NCBI GenBank assembly: GCA_001662655.1
Contig: KV460239.1
DNA length: 64,000 nt
Source of the DNA: Pseudogymnoascus verrucosus
Taxonomy: Eukaryota
Direction: 5' to 3' (one strand)
Below are positions 36,692-47,443 of this stretch, piece by piece. The notes beneath the pieces were generated by a model. The model did not search any database. It saw nothing but the letters and a program-made list of their open reading frames with translations, and had not been told where the DNA came from. Position 1 is the stretch's first letter. Each line of letters opens with the position of its first letter. The position numbers and the translations under genes were made by a program.

Positions 36692-37515
36692 CGTGGGGAT
36701 GTTTGAGGTTGAGGTGCGCGCTTGGTAGGAGGTCCGGTTGGCAGATCGGGAAGCTATGATCCACCAGTAACCACAGCCGACTTTGGAAGGCGGTTGAGCT
36801 ACCGAGAGGACTTTAGAAACTGTGCAAAAGATGAAAGACGTAAAATAAAACAGCCAGTCTAGGTAGTGAAGTTGATGGTAGTTGACTGGAAGTCAATATG
36901 GCTGCCTTTATTTCAACCAGCCAAGGTGGAGGGCGAGGTGGACAGACAAGGCTGAGCTTGGAACGAAGTAGGTCTCCTGCATGGTTGGAGACAAAGACGA
37001 CGAATCCAACAGCTGCCAAGAATGGTGCTGTACGGGCCAACGCACACCTCCATTACTCATCATGAAACACATTGAACTTGCACGAAAATCGTTACTACTA
37101 CGGTAGAGTTTCATTGCTCAGTATTGCGATTTAAAATATTATATTCAACTGTAGTTACGACCTTACTGTAGTGTAGATCTTTCGTAAACAGAAGTGATAG
37201 ATTTAACAAACGTGGATGGGATTGTCTCCTATATCAACATAGGAACCCAACTAAACGTTACACAACGCCGACAATACTATAGCAAGCGCCCTCAATCCGT
37301 CCTCGTTTGCATTCATGGATTCGTTTATATTATCGTAATCATGGGGAGAGCTGAGCGCCGTGTCTCGGGTATCAGCATATCTGAATACCACCCACGGCCC
37401 CCATCTCTCAGGCTCCATCCCTCAGCCTCTTTGTCCTATGCTCTATGCATATCGCTGTGTCAGCGTTCCACCAAACTGCTCCAATGCCATGTGAACATGC
37501 CGGACACAACTTGCG

Positions 37516-39549
37516 TTACACGAGTTCCCACTCTGCCACGCCCGCAAAGCTCATGCCGCTCGTCTTCCTCCGCTCCATGAACTCTCTCTTTGTCATGCCA
37601 CGTGCGTCTTGCCCGTTCATCGTGTCAATCGCGTAGAGCTTAACTGTCTCTCCCGGGCTGCCCAACTGCCTGTGTGGTATATCCACCCACCAATACATGT
37701 CGTCCCTCTCCAGCGGCACTAAATCCTCTGCATATGCATGCGTGCCGCCGATTTTAATGGCTAGTAGGTATGGCTTCGCTCCTCCGTGCCTCTCAAAGTC
37801 CCAATGTTGGCACAGTCTTGCAAACTGGAATCGTGTTGAATCTCCATCATTGAGCTCGATATTTTTCAACGGCGGCAGAATAGTCGCCTTGTCAATGCCA
37901 TGGTTTTCCGTGTTATATATCTTCAGAGTCTCTACGCCTCGGTGAGGCCCAAGAATATACTCTTCCCAAGTCGGCACTCTTCTGTCTGCACGGAAAAAGT
38001 GTGCCTTATTAGTCGGGAAATGCTTAAGGCCAAAGTCCTCATTAGTGCCTGTAAATTGCGTAGCTGTGAATGCACGGTGGTACTTGTTATCTCCACCCAG
38101 AGCACCAGAGCCCCAGCATGGATCGCAAAGCTTCCATTCTCCGTCATCGATCCGCACCGCGTTCCATGCATGACCCGTGGGATTCGCAGGTGGTATCCGT
38201 TGTCCTGGCCCAGTAGCCACATAACCGTATCCTTTACCATGGCCTCCAACGACAAGACACTCCAGGCCAGCTCGGACAGCGATGGCGGCAAAGACACCGG
38301 CGTAACCTTCGCAGACACCCATACCTTTCCGAATGGTTTCATCGGGGGTCTGGGACTTGACGCGGTTCCCTAAGAAGGCGTCGACGTCGTAGTCTATGTT
38401 GAGATGACACCACATGAAGATTGCCCGGGCTTTGTCGGTGTGAGATGTAAATGGTCCACATAGGCCATCAGCTAGATAGTCTATGCTATTCCCTCTAGGT
38501 AGAGACTGGCGAGGGTACTTCGCCGCCACTTCATCCGGACCAGAGAAGTCACGGCAAATCAGACAAACTTCGTCCGAAGAAGTGGTAGCTTGCCTAGCTT
38601 TGATAGCATCTATCTGTCTCATCGATGGCTTCGAAGATGACGGGATAGGTGGTGGTGCCGAGTCTGTATTTCCGGATGGCCGACTTGGCATAGGCGGTGG
38701 TGCTCCATCTCTTCCTGCGCTTGTGGCAGGTCGCCTTGGCATAGGTGGAGGTGCATCGTCTTCATCACGGAATCCCCGTACATTAGACCGTGATCGCGAT
38801 GGCAATGCCGGTGCCTGACTAGGCCGTGATGGTAACGCAGGGCGAGAGGATTCGTTCTCGCCTTGACGCGTAATCCGGGGAATGGCTGGGGACGACTGGG
38901 TGGAAGTCAATTGTCCCCGAGCAGCTAGCCGTGCCTTCTCTTCCGCCTGCTCTCTCCGCGACGGAGGCAAAACAGGCAAAGGGGCCTCATCCAATCGCGG
39001 CGGCAGTTTCCGTACAGCGTTCGTATCAATAGACGATGCACTCGATTTGCTGCCACCGTACGAGAAGCCAGATTGTGTAGAATAGTTCGACCTAAACGAT
39101 TCGTTCGAGGCCTTTCGCACAACTAATTGTTCCGAAGGTCGTCTTGCTGGCAGAGCTGGCAAGTTCAGCGATTGTTGTGAGCTCTTCCGCGATGGAAGTG
39201 GTGGGGGTTTCTTGAGGTTTCGTTCGGACAGTCGAGGGTTCCGCTCCTTCAACTCGCGATCAAGCACTGGCGGTGGTAACACGTCTTTTGGTGCAGCAGG
39301 CTCGTTTCCGATATTTCTATTAGCTGTCGGAATAGCTGGAACTGCATTGCTTCGAAAGTCGTTCAGAGGGCGGGAGGGTTTCGGGACTGGTGGAGGAGGA
39401 GGTCGCTTTCCAACAAGCGCCACGGTGTTGTTCTGACTCGGTGCTGGGCCATTCTGTGATAGACCGCTTTGGTCTGCTGCTTGTGACTGCTTCAAGGCAG
39501 CAATTCGCTGTGCCAGCGTCTGGAATTGTGGTTCTTCCGCGTCGCCCAT
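37516..39549 (-). CDS. Transglutaminase-like (kyphoscoliosis peptidase/Cyk3-related) domain protein with a Pro-rich N-terminus
   Basis: 677-aa ORF with KARAIFMW..NIDYD, GVCEGYA, GHAWNAV and W.LCDPCWG (Cys-His-Asp triad motifs). Confidence 0.85.
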   Translation of the reverse strand: MGDAEEPQFQTLAQRIAALKQSQAADQSGLSQNGPAPSQNNTVALVGKRPPPPPVPKPSRPLNDFRSNAVPAIPTANRNIGNEPAAPKDVLPPPVLDRELKERNPRLSERNLKKPPPLPSRKSSQQSLNLPALPARRPSEQLVVRKASNESFRSNYSTQSGFSYGGSKSSASSIDTNAVRKLPPRLDEAPLPVLPPSRREQAEEKARLAARGQLTSTQSSPAIPRITRQGENESSRPALPSRPSQAPALPSRSRSNVRGFRDEDDAPPPMPRRPATSAGRDGAPPPMPSRPSGNTDSAPPPIPSSSKPSMRQIDAIKARQATTSSDEVCLICRDFSGPDEVAAKYPRQSLPRGNSIDYLADGLCGPFTSHTDKARAIFMWCHLNIDYDVDAFLGNRVKSQTPDETIRKGMGVCEGYAGVFAAIAVRAGLECLVVGGHGKGYGYVATGPGQRIPPANPTGHAWNAVRIDDGEWKLCDPCWGSGALGGDNKYHRAFTATQFTGTNEDFGLKHFPTNKAHFFRADRRVPTWEEYILGPHRGVETLKIYNTENHGIDKATILPPLKNIELNDGDSTRFQFARLCQHWDFERHGGAKPYLLAIKIGGTHAYAEDLVPLERDDMYWWVDIPHRQLGSPGETVKLYAIDTMNGQDARGMTKREFMERRKTSGMSFAGVAEWELV

Positions 39550-40332
39550 CGTGGATTATGGAGTCGGACTGTATTTTGGGGTTCGGTTTCTGAGCGGGGT
39601 AGAGGATGAGCTGGTAAACGAGTGTCGTGTTCGTCGAGATGTTGCACACCAAGCCCACGCACGTATGCCAAGGTCTTGTATGCAGGTAAATTAAAAGAAC
39701 GAGAATGAGGACGAAAGAATGAAGAATAGTGGTAGAGACGCGGAGAGGGAAATATACTGCCGTCGTTGTTTCTCGCTGCCAAGTATTCATAGCCCTGCTA
39801 GAGGACTCACAGTAGGCAGATAAGGCTGTGTGCGAACTAGCCCCTCCGCCAGCGACCCGCAACGAACATCAGTTCCTTGTAGTTCCTTGCTAATACCCGA
39901 CAGCGATCCTATCAAACTCACTTCCCCAACACGCCATTCCGTGCGCTAAATCTATTTATTACCACCCACGTTCCTGGGGCCGATGTGCTGTGCCGCATAT
40001 CCACTGACGGCCCAATCCGGGGTTGGAATTGGGCTGGAGAGTATGCACATACAATATATTATTTATAGCGGCTATTTTGCTAGGAAGGTCATGGTCTCGG
40101 TGAGCCAAGTGGGAATTAGGAGGGGAAGGAGCTAGCGGATGTTTCATATAATGAGGATGTTGGTATTGTCAAACGCTGAACTACATACAGTACATACAAA
40201 CCTGCGCCATCACCAGAAATGGAGGATTCAAATCCCTTGCTAAATTTGAGCAAGATCAACCCTTCAAACTAGGCCACTCCATACACTGCATTTGCCTCCA
40301 AAAGATCGACGGCTTCGCCACGGAAATACATA

Positions 40333-41258
40333 TCATTGACCCTCCAAGGTTGGACCAAAGAAGAGCGGCCGTCTCTTTCCGAAGAAATCGCAAGGGTTAA
40401 ATCTCCAGACTGACCGATACTTCCTGGATAGCCAGTAAGCAACTAGATATATCACGAATTGCGGTACTGGAGGAAATTTTTCGCCTCCTTTAAATCCCTT
40501 GTCATGCGATCCAACGACAAGCGGATATAGCTCGTCCTATAAACGGTCAGTACAGATCATACTGTTGTATTCCAAGAGCTTGCTAGAACACATACCTTCT
40601 TGAAATCCGCATTCTTTATCACGTTCTCGAACTCCATATAGACCGTGTGCATTTTCTTCTCGTCATACTTGTCCAGCGAGAGTAGAGTTGGGATCTCATC
40701 TGCCAAGTGCAGCGTCAGTTTCGGCGCAAACCCGTCGATGAGCTGGCGGAATTTGTCGGCTTCGAAGCGCTCCTCGGATTTGGCGTCCAGGCAGTCCTTG
40801 ACGTATTTCACCCAAATGTCGAAGCCTGGGGCGAACTCGTGGTGCTGCACGACGTTGGCAGCCATCATTCCCTCGACGCCAGACTCGCGCTCGAAGCCGG
40901 GGAATAGGATTTCTTCTTCACACTCATGGTGATGCTAGGGACTGTCAATACAGAGCTTTTTCACCGAGACGGGGAGAACCGTACGTGAATCCATTCGATC
41001 CTATTAAGTCAGAAGCCATTCCACATCTTTGAGTCGGGGTACCTACCAAAATTTGGCATATAAGAGGAGGTCACCGCTATCAGCCTCTGATTTGAGATAC
41101 GGCGCCTGCAGATACATCGCGTTCAAGGAGCGAATCATGGCATTATGGGCAAGCACCATTTCGTTTGCAATATGGTACACAGTCGGGTTAACCTTCACAT
41201 CTCTCATCACCATAGTTGGGATTATCTTGAAGGGCTGATCCGCCCATATTTCGGCCAT
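40333..41258 (-). CDS. Hemerythrin-like (HHE cation-binding) domain protein, 4 exons
   Basis: Exons 41258-41047, 41000-40985, 40934-40596 and 40536-40333 give EMVLAHNAMIRSLN...WIEWIHHHHECEEEILFP...QHHEF...HLADEIPTL...VWRFNPCDFFGKRRPL. Confidence 0.85.
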
Positions 41259-42380
41259 TATGAGAGAGCAAGGGGGGGTGTTGGTTTGCAAAAGAGACCA
41301 GAAGACGGAATAGGAATCGACAAGCAGGTAGGGCCAACAGAGTGAGGAAGATGTCAAACGGAAACCTACATTGCAGACGGGATGCACTTGCCTTAAATAC
41401 AGCTTCGTCAATGGCAATGTTATGGGCGGCTGAGAATAGGATCCACCTAGTTTGAATGCCATGGCGTCGACAGTTTACATTAATTTAAGGAGCTGAAGCT
41501 GATCCTTTGCATCTCATATAGACCAATGGCGCTGATCGTGAGTAATCCAAGATTACCATTGGTGGCATACCAATACTCCAACAAGTTTTCTGAAGATGTA
41601 CGTCAAACTCCTCAACGAAATCCCTATATAAAGCATACGAACGCGGGCTTAGCGCGGTGAGCTATACCCCAGCACGCTTCCAGACCATCCAAGTGCTGAA
41701 TCCCAAAGGATCATAAGCTTCCAATAGCACGAGGTAAGGGGTGGCAGGCTTGGCAGAAACGTGATTTGACAGGCCGCTGGTGGTATTTAGTGCTGACACG
41801 GTCCATAAAAATACGTGTAAGCTCCAACGCGTCTCACCTCAGACGACGAAATTGGCTTCGTTGGCAAATTCCAAATCATACGGAGCGAGCTATCCCTATC
41901 GGCCCATCACCACGATAAGATCTATCGCGTGCGTGGTATCACGTGGTATCAGCTGGGCCGGAATACCGGTAGGGGCGAAACGACAAAGCTTAAATTTAAT
42001 AGGATGATTTAGCTATAACTGTCGAATAACGTTTTTGCCTATTTCGTCTCTGTTAAGATTTATATTGGGTTTATGAAGTAGGGTTATTTAAAATTGAGAA
42101 ACTAATACTAGCTTTCAGGCCGATGGAAATTATTATTTGTTATTTTAGTTGTGGTTTTAATGAACTATCATCAAAAATTATAGCCCGAGTTACTCAGAGC
42201 ATTTCTTCCCCTTAGAACTGCCGTGAATATCACCACTATGAACATCTACTCACGGGACATGCGAGCGACACAATTACTGATCGTATAACTTGTCAGCTTA
42301 CGGCTCGATAGCACTTATCGCCTATGATATCCGAGATATTTGTCAATCAAGCCTACTAAAAGAGCCTAGAGGGGCATTAT

Positions 42381-42454
42381 GCGGGGTAAGCGGGGTTAGA
42401 CCGTTCGTATAGTCCGATTTGTATGGAGACCTCGGCGGGTGGCACATGTATAAA
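42381..42454 (+). promoter_or_regulatory. Two CreA-type SYGGRG sites and a TATA box upstream of the class II aldolase
   Basis: GCGGGG at 42381 and 42390; TATAAA at 42449, about 90 bp before the ATG at 42539. Confidence 0.45.
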
Positions 42455-42538
42455 GGAGGGGAAAAGGTGCTAAATCCAACACTCTTCTTCTACATCATAC
42501 CATTCTACCATATTCACCACCGAGATCCATCAATCACC

Positions 42539-43457
42539 ATGTCTCCTCCATCCGCAACCGGTTTTGAAACCGCCACGATAGCGTTGCAGTCCCAAGATGG
42601 AGTCGACACCGCCGCCGCAGCCATGGGCTCTAAATTCCCCACCCCCCGCAAGTTCGACGACAAACTCAAGGAGCGCGAATACCTCAAAGGCCGCCTCATC
42701 CTCGCCTACCGCATCTTCGCCAAACTAGGCTACGACGAAGGCGTCGCCGGCCACATCACCCTTCGCGTGCGCCCCCTCCCCCTTCCACCTCCCCAAAGCC
42801 GCAACTAACCGGCCCCAGGACCCCGTAGAGCCGACCTCCTTCTGGGTCAACCCCTTTGGCGTCGCCTGGCCTCTCCTCAAAGCCTCAGACCTCATCCTCG
42901 TCAACGCGGCCGGTGAGATCGTCGACGGCGGCCCCGTCCGCCTCCTCAACAAAGCAGCCTACATGATCCACCACGCCGTCCACACCGCGCGCCCAGAGGT
43001 AAACTGCGTCGCGCACTCTCACTCCATCTACGGTCGCACCTTCTGCGCGCTCGGTCGCGAACTTGACATCATCACCCAGGACGCATGCGCCTTCTACAAC
43101 GACCACGCGCTGTACGACTCATTCAAAGGCGTAGTGCTCGGTGAGGAGGAGGGGCAGGAGATCGCTGCTGCGTTGGGTGGGAAGAAGGCGGCGCTGCTGC
43201 AGAACCATGGGTTGTTGACTTGTGGGTTGAGTATTGAGTCGACGGTGTTCTGGTTCACGTCGCTGGAGAAGTGTTGTCATGCGCAGCTGATGGCGGATGC
43301 GGCGGCGGGGGGGAGGGGTGGGGTGACGGTTAAGGTTAATGATAAGGAGGCGGAGTTTACGGGGAAGGCTATTGGGACGGAGACTGCGGGGTGGTTTAGT
43401 GCGTTGCCCGCGTTTGCTGTGATGGAGAAGGAGGTGGAGGAGGGTTATGATCAATAG
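42539..43457 (+). CDS. Class II aldolase/adducin head domain protein, 2 exons
   Basis: DEGVAGHITLR^DP...FWVNPFG, IHHAVH, AHSHS and LLQNHGLLT (Zn-binding His residues). Intron 42767-42818. Confidence 0.9.
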
Positions 43458-43705
43458 GTATCATTCTGATTAATGTACAATCAAATGTTCTCCATGTTAA
43501 GATTGAAGGCCAACAGGAATCATTGTTTTTGTTCTATTTGTGAGGAACGGGCGTATCAGTTGTAGTCCTGAGTGGCTGAACACCCCTATTTTAATCACGG
43601 CCACTATACTTGGTGGTCAGTCCAGTTGGGCGCTTAAAAATATAAAGCCATACTAAATTTATCAGGTGAGAATGAGCACTTTCACAGTTTGGTACCTGAA
43701 CTAGC

Positions 43706-43860
43706 CCCCTGAGTCACCAGAATAGCGCTGTCAAATACCAAAATTATGGCCTCATTCTTAGAGAAGTGTGTGAATAGTCTTCCCACTTGCTTCAAACTCC
43801 ACGCCGTAGCATCGTCGGCTCCCCATCTTCCCCTTGACTCACCGGAATAGCACCTGTCAA
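43706..43860 (+). promoter_or_regulatory. Duplicated ~30-bp module, each copy with a TGA(C/G)TCA bZIP site
   Basis: cccctgagtcaccagaatagcgctgtcaa (43706-43734) and cccttgactcaccggaatagcacctgtcaa (43831-43860). Confidence 0.55.
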
Positions 43861-44067
43861 TCCCTATGACGATGGACTAATTCTAATAGTGTTAAAATAA
43901 TAAATAATCCCCTAGCTTCCCCAGCTGTGCTTATAATTCTACGTTGTGCTCCATCGATTCTCATTCTGCCTTCACAATCCTATATACAGCCATCTACGAT
44001 TATTTGGTCTCATCACCACATACACTTATTTATACTCAGTTTCCAAACAAAATATCCTTACATCAAA

Positions 44068-45294
44068 ATGAATACTCTAAAGCGCAGATCCAGGCATTCT
44101 GCTCAACGCCATCTCCAAACTCAGCCCACAGCACTAGAATCGCCCTTCCTCAAGCTCCCACTCGAACTCATATACCTCACAGCAAGCCACCTCCCCACCG
44201 AATCAGTGGCATGCTTGAGTCTATGCAATCATTATCTTTATTCAAGCCTCAAAACAGAATACCACCTCAAGACGGAGTCTATCTTCACGATCGATAACCT
44301 GCATCCTCCCAGAGACGCCGACTCCATAGTAATGAACGCCTTCCTCCATCTCCTAGAACGAGACCTACCCCTCCACATCATCTGTCCCCACTGCAACAAA
44401 CTACACTTCACACCCCTCGCCGAGCGGCACCTGGTAACAGAGCGATATTCTCCAACAACCAGCAAGACCTGGTCAAAATGCCGGACCCGGGACTCCCTCA
44501 GCCAGGGCGTACGCTACACGCCGCCTCGTTTCAGCTCAACCATCTTCCTCATGGCCATGAAAACCCACCGCCGCGGCTGCGACACCAGCCCGCTCCTCGA
44601 CCTACTCTCCTACAAAAAGATAGAGAGCTGCGCGGGGTTCACGCAACTCCACATCTCCGAAGCGCGGATCCGGAACGACAGCCTCCTCATCCGCGACCAG
44701 AAAGTCTTCATGCTCCCGGCGTCAAGGAAAAACCCCTTCACATTGTTCGGAGAATTCGGCTTCTGTCGCCATTGCGTGCTTCACAGCACGGACGATCTGC
44801 TCTGCTGCGGGATCTACGTCCCGACGGTTGAGGAAATGGACAACTACGTGAGTAGGGAGGGGATTATATATTGCAACTATTGCCATACGGAGCTGCGCAT
44901 CGATTTCAAGAGCTATGGGAAGGCGGGTAACGCGATGTTCGTCACGCGTTGGATGGATATCGGCGAGGGCCGCGATGTCGATGATGTTAAGTGGAGGGTT
45001 CGACTTGGTGGAGGTAATGAGTGGCTGTGGGACGAAGTTATATATCCGCGTGGTTCGATCTGTGATGCTTTTGAGGGAGGCGAGGATTTTGAGTTTGATT
45101 TGATCATGACTAAGAAAGATGAGATGGAGTTGTTCGCGAGGCGCCCTTTGGTGGCGCTTGCAAGTGAGAGAGGTCAAGGAAAGGTGGAACCGAGTCATAT
45201 GATTATTGATGGCAGGATTGTTAGGGTGCCCTCTACAGAAATCGGCCGCTGTTGCGATCATAGCCATCAGCAGTATAGACACCGTCCCTTTTGA
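44068..45294 (+). CDS. F-box domain protein with CxxC pairs, single exon
   Basis: SPFLKLPLELIYLTASHLP.ES.ACLSLCN (F-box); FLHLLERDLP..IICPHCNKLH; CNYCHTELRIDF...TRWMDIG. Paralog of 63308-64000. Confidence 0.8.
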   Translation: MNTLKRRSRHSAQRHLQTQPTALESPFLKLPLELIYLTASHLPTESVACLSLCNHYLYSSLKTEYHLKTESIFTIDNLHPPRDADSIVMNAFLHLLERDLPLHIICPHCNKLHFTPLAERHLVTERYSPTTSKTWSKCRTRDSLSQGVRYTPPRFSSTIFLMAMKTHRRGCDTSPLLDLLSYKKIESCAGFTQLHISEARIRNDSLLIRDQKVFMLPASRKNPFTLFGEFGFCRHCVLHSTDDLLCCGIYVPTVEEMDNYVSREGIIYCNYCHTELRIDFKSYGKAGNAMFVTRWMDIGEGRDVDDVKWRVRLGGGNEWLWDEVIYPRGSICDAFEGGEDFEFDLIMTKKDEMELFARRPLVALASERGQGKVEPSHMIIDGRIVRVPSTEIGRCCDHSHQQYRHRPF

Positions 45295-45618
45295 ATAATA
45301 GCAGAGAAACTGTTCTTTACAGATAGCAAAATAGAAATCGTTTCTTAAAAATGGAAAAATAGAAACAATTCCTTGAAAATGGCACGATGGAGACTGCTGT
45401 TTACAAACACCACGACAGTTTCCAAACTAATCTTCACAGATAGTATTCTCTATACCCCTATTTAAATATTCCAACCCCCCTTCTTCCCCCCATCCATCAT
45501 AATCGCTACATATGCATCCATAATGCAGGGTATACTTTATCTTCCCCGCCTTCCCACCAAAAACGCCAAACAGGTTATGCCACCCTCCCATAACGCCAAA
45601 CCACAAATCCGCCGTCAT

Positions 45619-47443
45619 TTAAATCACAAAAAGCAGCCCACCCACATCATTAAGATCCATCCCCTCCTCCCTCCTCCTCCTCCTCCCCCTACTAGCCTCC
45701 GCATTGGGATTACTATTATTCGCTCCACCACCCTGCGGACCCGACGGCACCGACGTCCTCCTCCCATCCCTCGCACCAAGACTCTGCATCTCCACCCCCC
45801 TCTCCTCTCTCTTCTTAAAACTCCACCCTTTCAACAAGCCCCCCTCGCTCCCCCTCCTAGCCAACGCCCCCTGCGCTGCCTGCGCCGCCGTCATCGGCGG
45901 CCCATCTTCCATCAACCCGCCCACATCCTGTAGAAACACCGCCGCGCCCCCTGTATTTGCGGGGTCATCCAGCGGCCCCGCCACAGGGGCCGGGAAACTA
46001 TCAAACGGCGATGCGCTCCGCCGCCTCGGCGGAACCATCGCCGACCCCCTCCGCGACAGGGTTGGACCAGCTAGGCTTCCTTTCCGCGAAGGGCCTTTGC
46101 GTTTATTAACTGGCGGCGGCGGCGGCGGCGACTCCGGACCCAGAAGGCCGCCGACGTCGAAGAAACTGTCGTCTCGGCGGTTCGTAGACGGGACATGGCG
46201 GGGATCATAGTCGCCCACCGTCTCGACGTCCGACACGTCGCTGCGTCGCTGCGAGGGGAAGCGCCAACTCCTGTCCACGCCTCCACCCGGCTCTGCGACC
46301 GGCGCGGGTCGTGCTATGGATGCGCCGCTCTCAGGGCGGAGGTCGGCGTCGACGCCGATGCCGAGGCCGCGGACGAGTTCTTCGTCGCTGCCCCACTGTT
46401 TGAATGCTACTGCGCCGGGGCCATAGACGCGGCCACGGCGGGAGGAGATGGTGCGCTCCATGGAGCCTGCGGAGCCGAGCTTGTACTTGGGTTTCTTGAC
46501 GCCCTTGTCGCGGACGAAGGAGCCGATGACTAAGGCGTTGGCGACGGCGGTGGCGAAGAGGATCTCGATGCTGGCCCAAATGGAGCGGTAGTGTTGTGCA
46601 CCCTGGTGACGGATGACGTAGGGGACGCGGGAGAGGGTGATGCCGATGGGGATTAGGGAGAGGCCGAAGAGGATGGTGAGCATGGTTTTGCGGGAGAGCG
46701 GCATGTGGGAGTTGAAGATGAGGGGGATGGGGAAGATGACGAGGAGGAGGTCGGTCGTTACGTTGGCTACGGCCATGGTGATGAGTTGGGCGTAGCCTTG
46801 TCGGCATTGGGGCCCGGGGTCGGGGACGACCTGCCAGTAGTGTGTGACGGGCCGGCACTCGACGAGGTCGGCGATCACGACGGCAATCATGGTTGCGCCG
46901 AGGTAGTAGTACATGAGCCGTAAGACGAGCTCGTGCGTTGAGCGCCAGATGTTTTGTGTGAGGCGCTTCAGGAATTCAGCAATAGAGAGTTTGAGCATCC
47001 ACAGGCTATAAGTGGGCGGTTAGCAAAGTTCTCATATGGTGGCCAAAACGGCTGATGCGCGGGAGGGGGTTTTTGGGGTGAGAATAAACTCAAAATGGAG
47101 AGGCCACTCACGAAGCAGCATAAAATATCCTACTCCCCAGCACCAACCGGCTGCCTATCTCCCTGTGTGATATATTTAGCTGGCTCAACCCATCTGTGAT
47201 AACATTATTCGTGCCATAGAGCAGCACAACATGGACCAAGGCCATCCTTGCCAGTATGGGTATGATGCAAAGAGAAGCGATGATGTCCTCGGGGAACAGC
47301 TTCTCAGTTCGGATATAGCGCCCCGTAACGCGGAACATGATGATAGTTACGGCGAACATGGTGCACCACCAGCACACAATCAGCGTGGCCTTGTCTTCGT
47401 TGAAGTTGCGCGCCGGCGGCGGCGCCGTCCAGAACGTCGTCAT
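45619..47443 (-). CDS. PTH11-like / fungal rhodopsin-domain integral membrane protein with a long cytoplasmic tail, 2 exons
   Basis: About seven hydrophobic segments; RIFYAAS^LWMLKLSI, ECRPVTHYWQVVPDPGPQC, NVTTDLLLVIFPIP and WASIE. Intron 47006-47111. Confidence 0.85.

Noticed and set aside
41480..41780. Coding-looking minus-strand fragments with a possible intron
   Set aside because: Short, interrupted by stops and not assignable to any family.
37516..47443. Possible metabolic cluster (transglutaminase-like, hemerythrin, aldolase, F-box, PTH11-like)
   Set aside because: No backbone synthase, pathway regulator or coherent pathway; adjacency alone is insufficient without synteny data.
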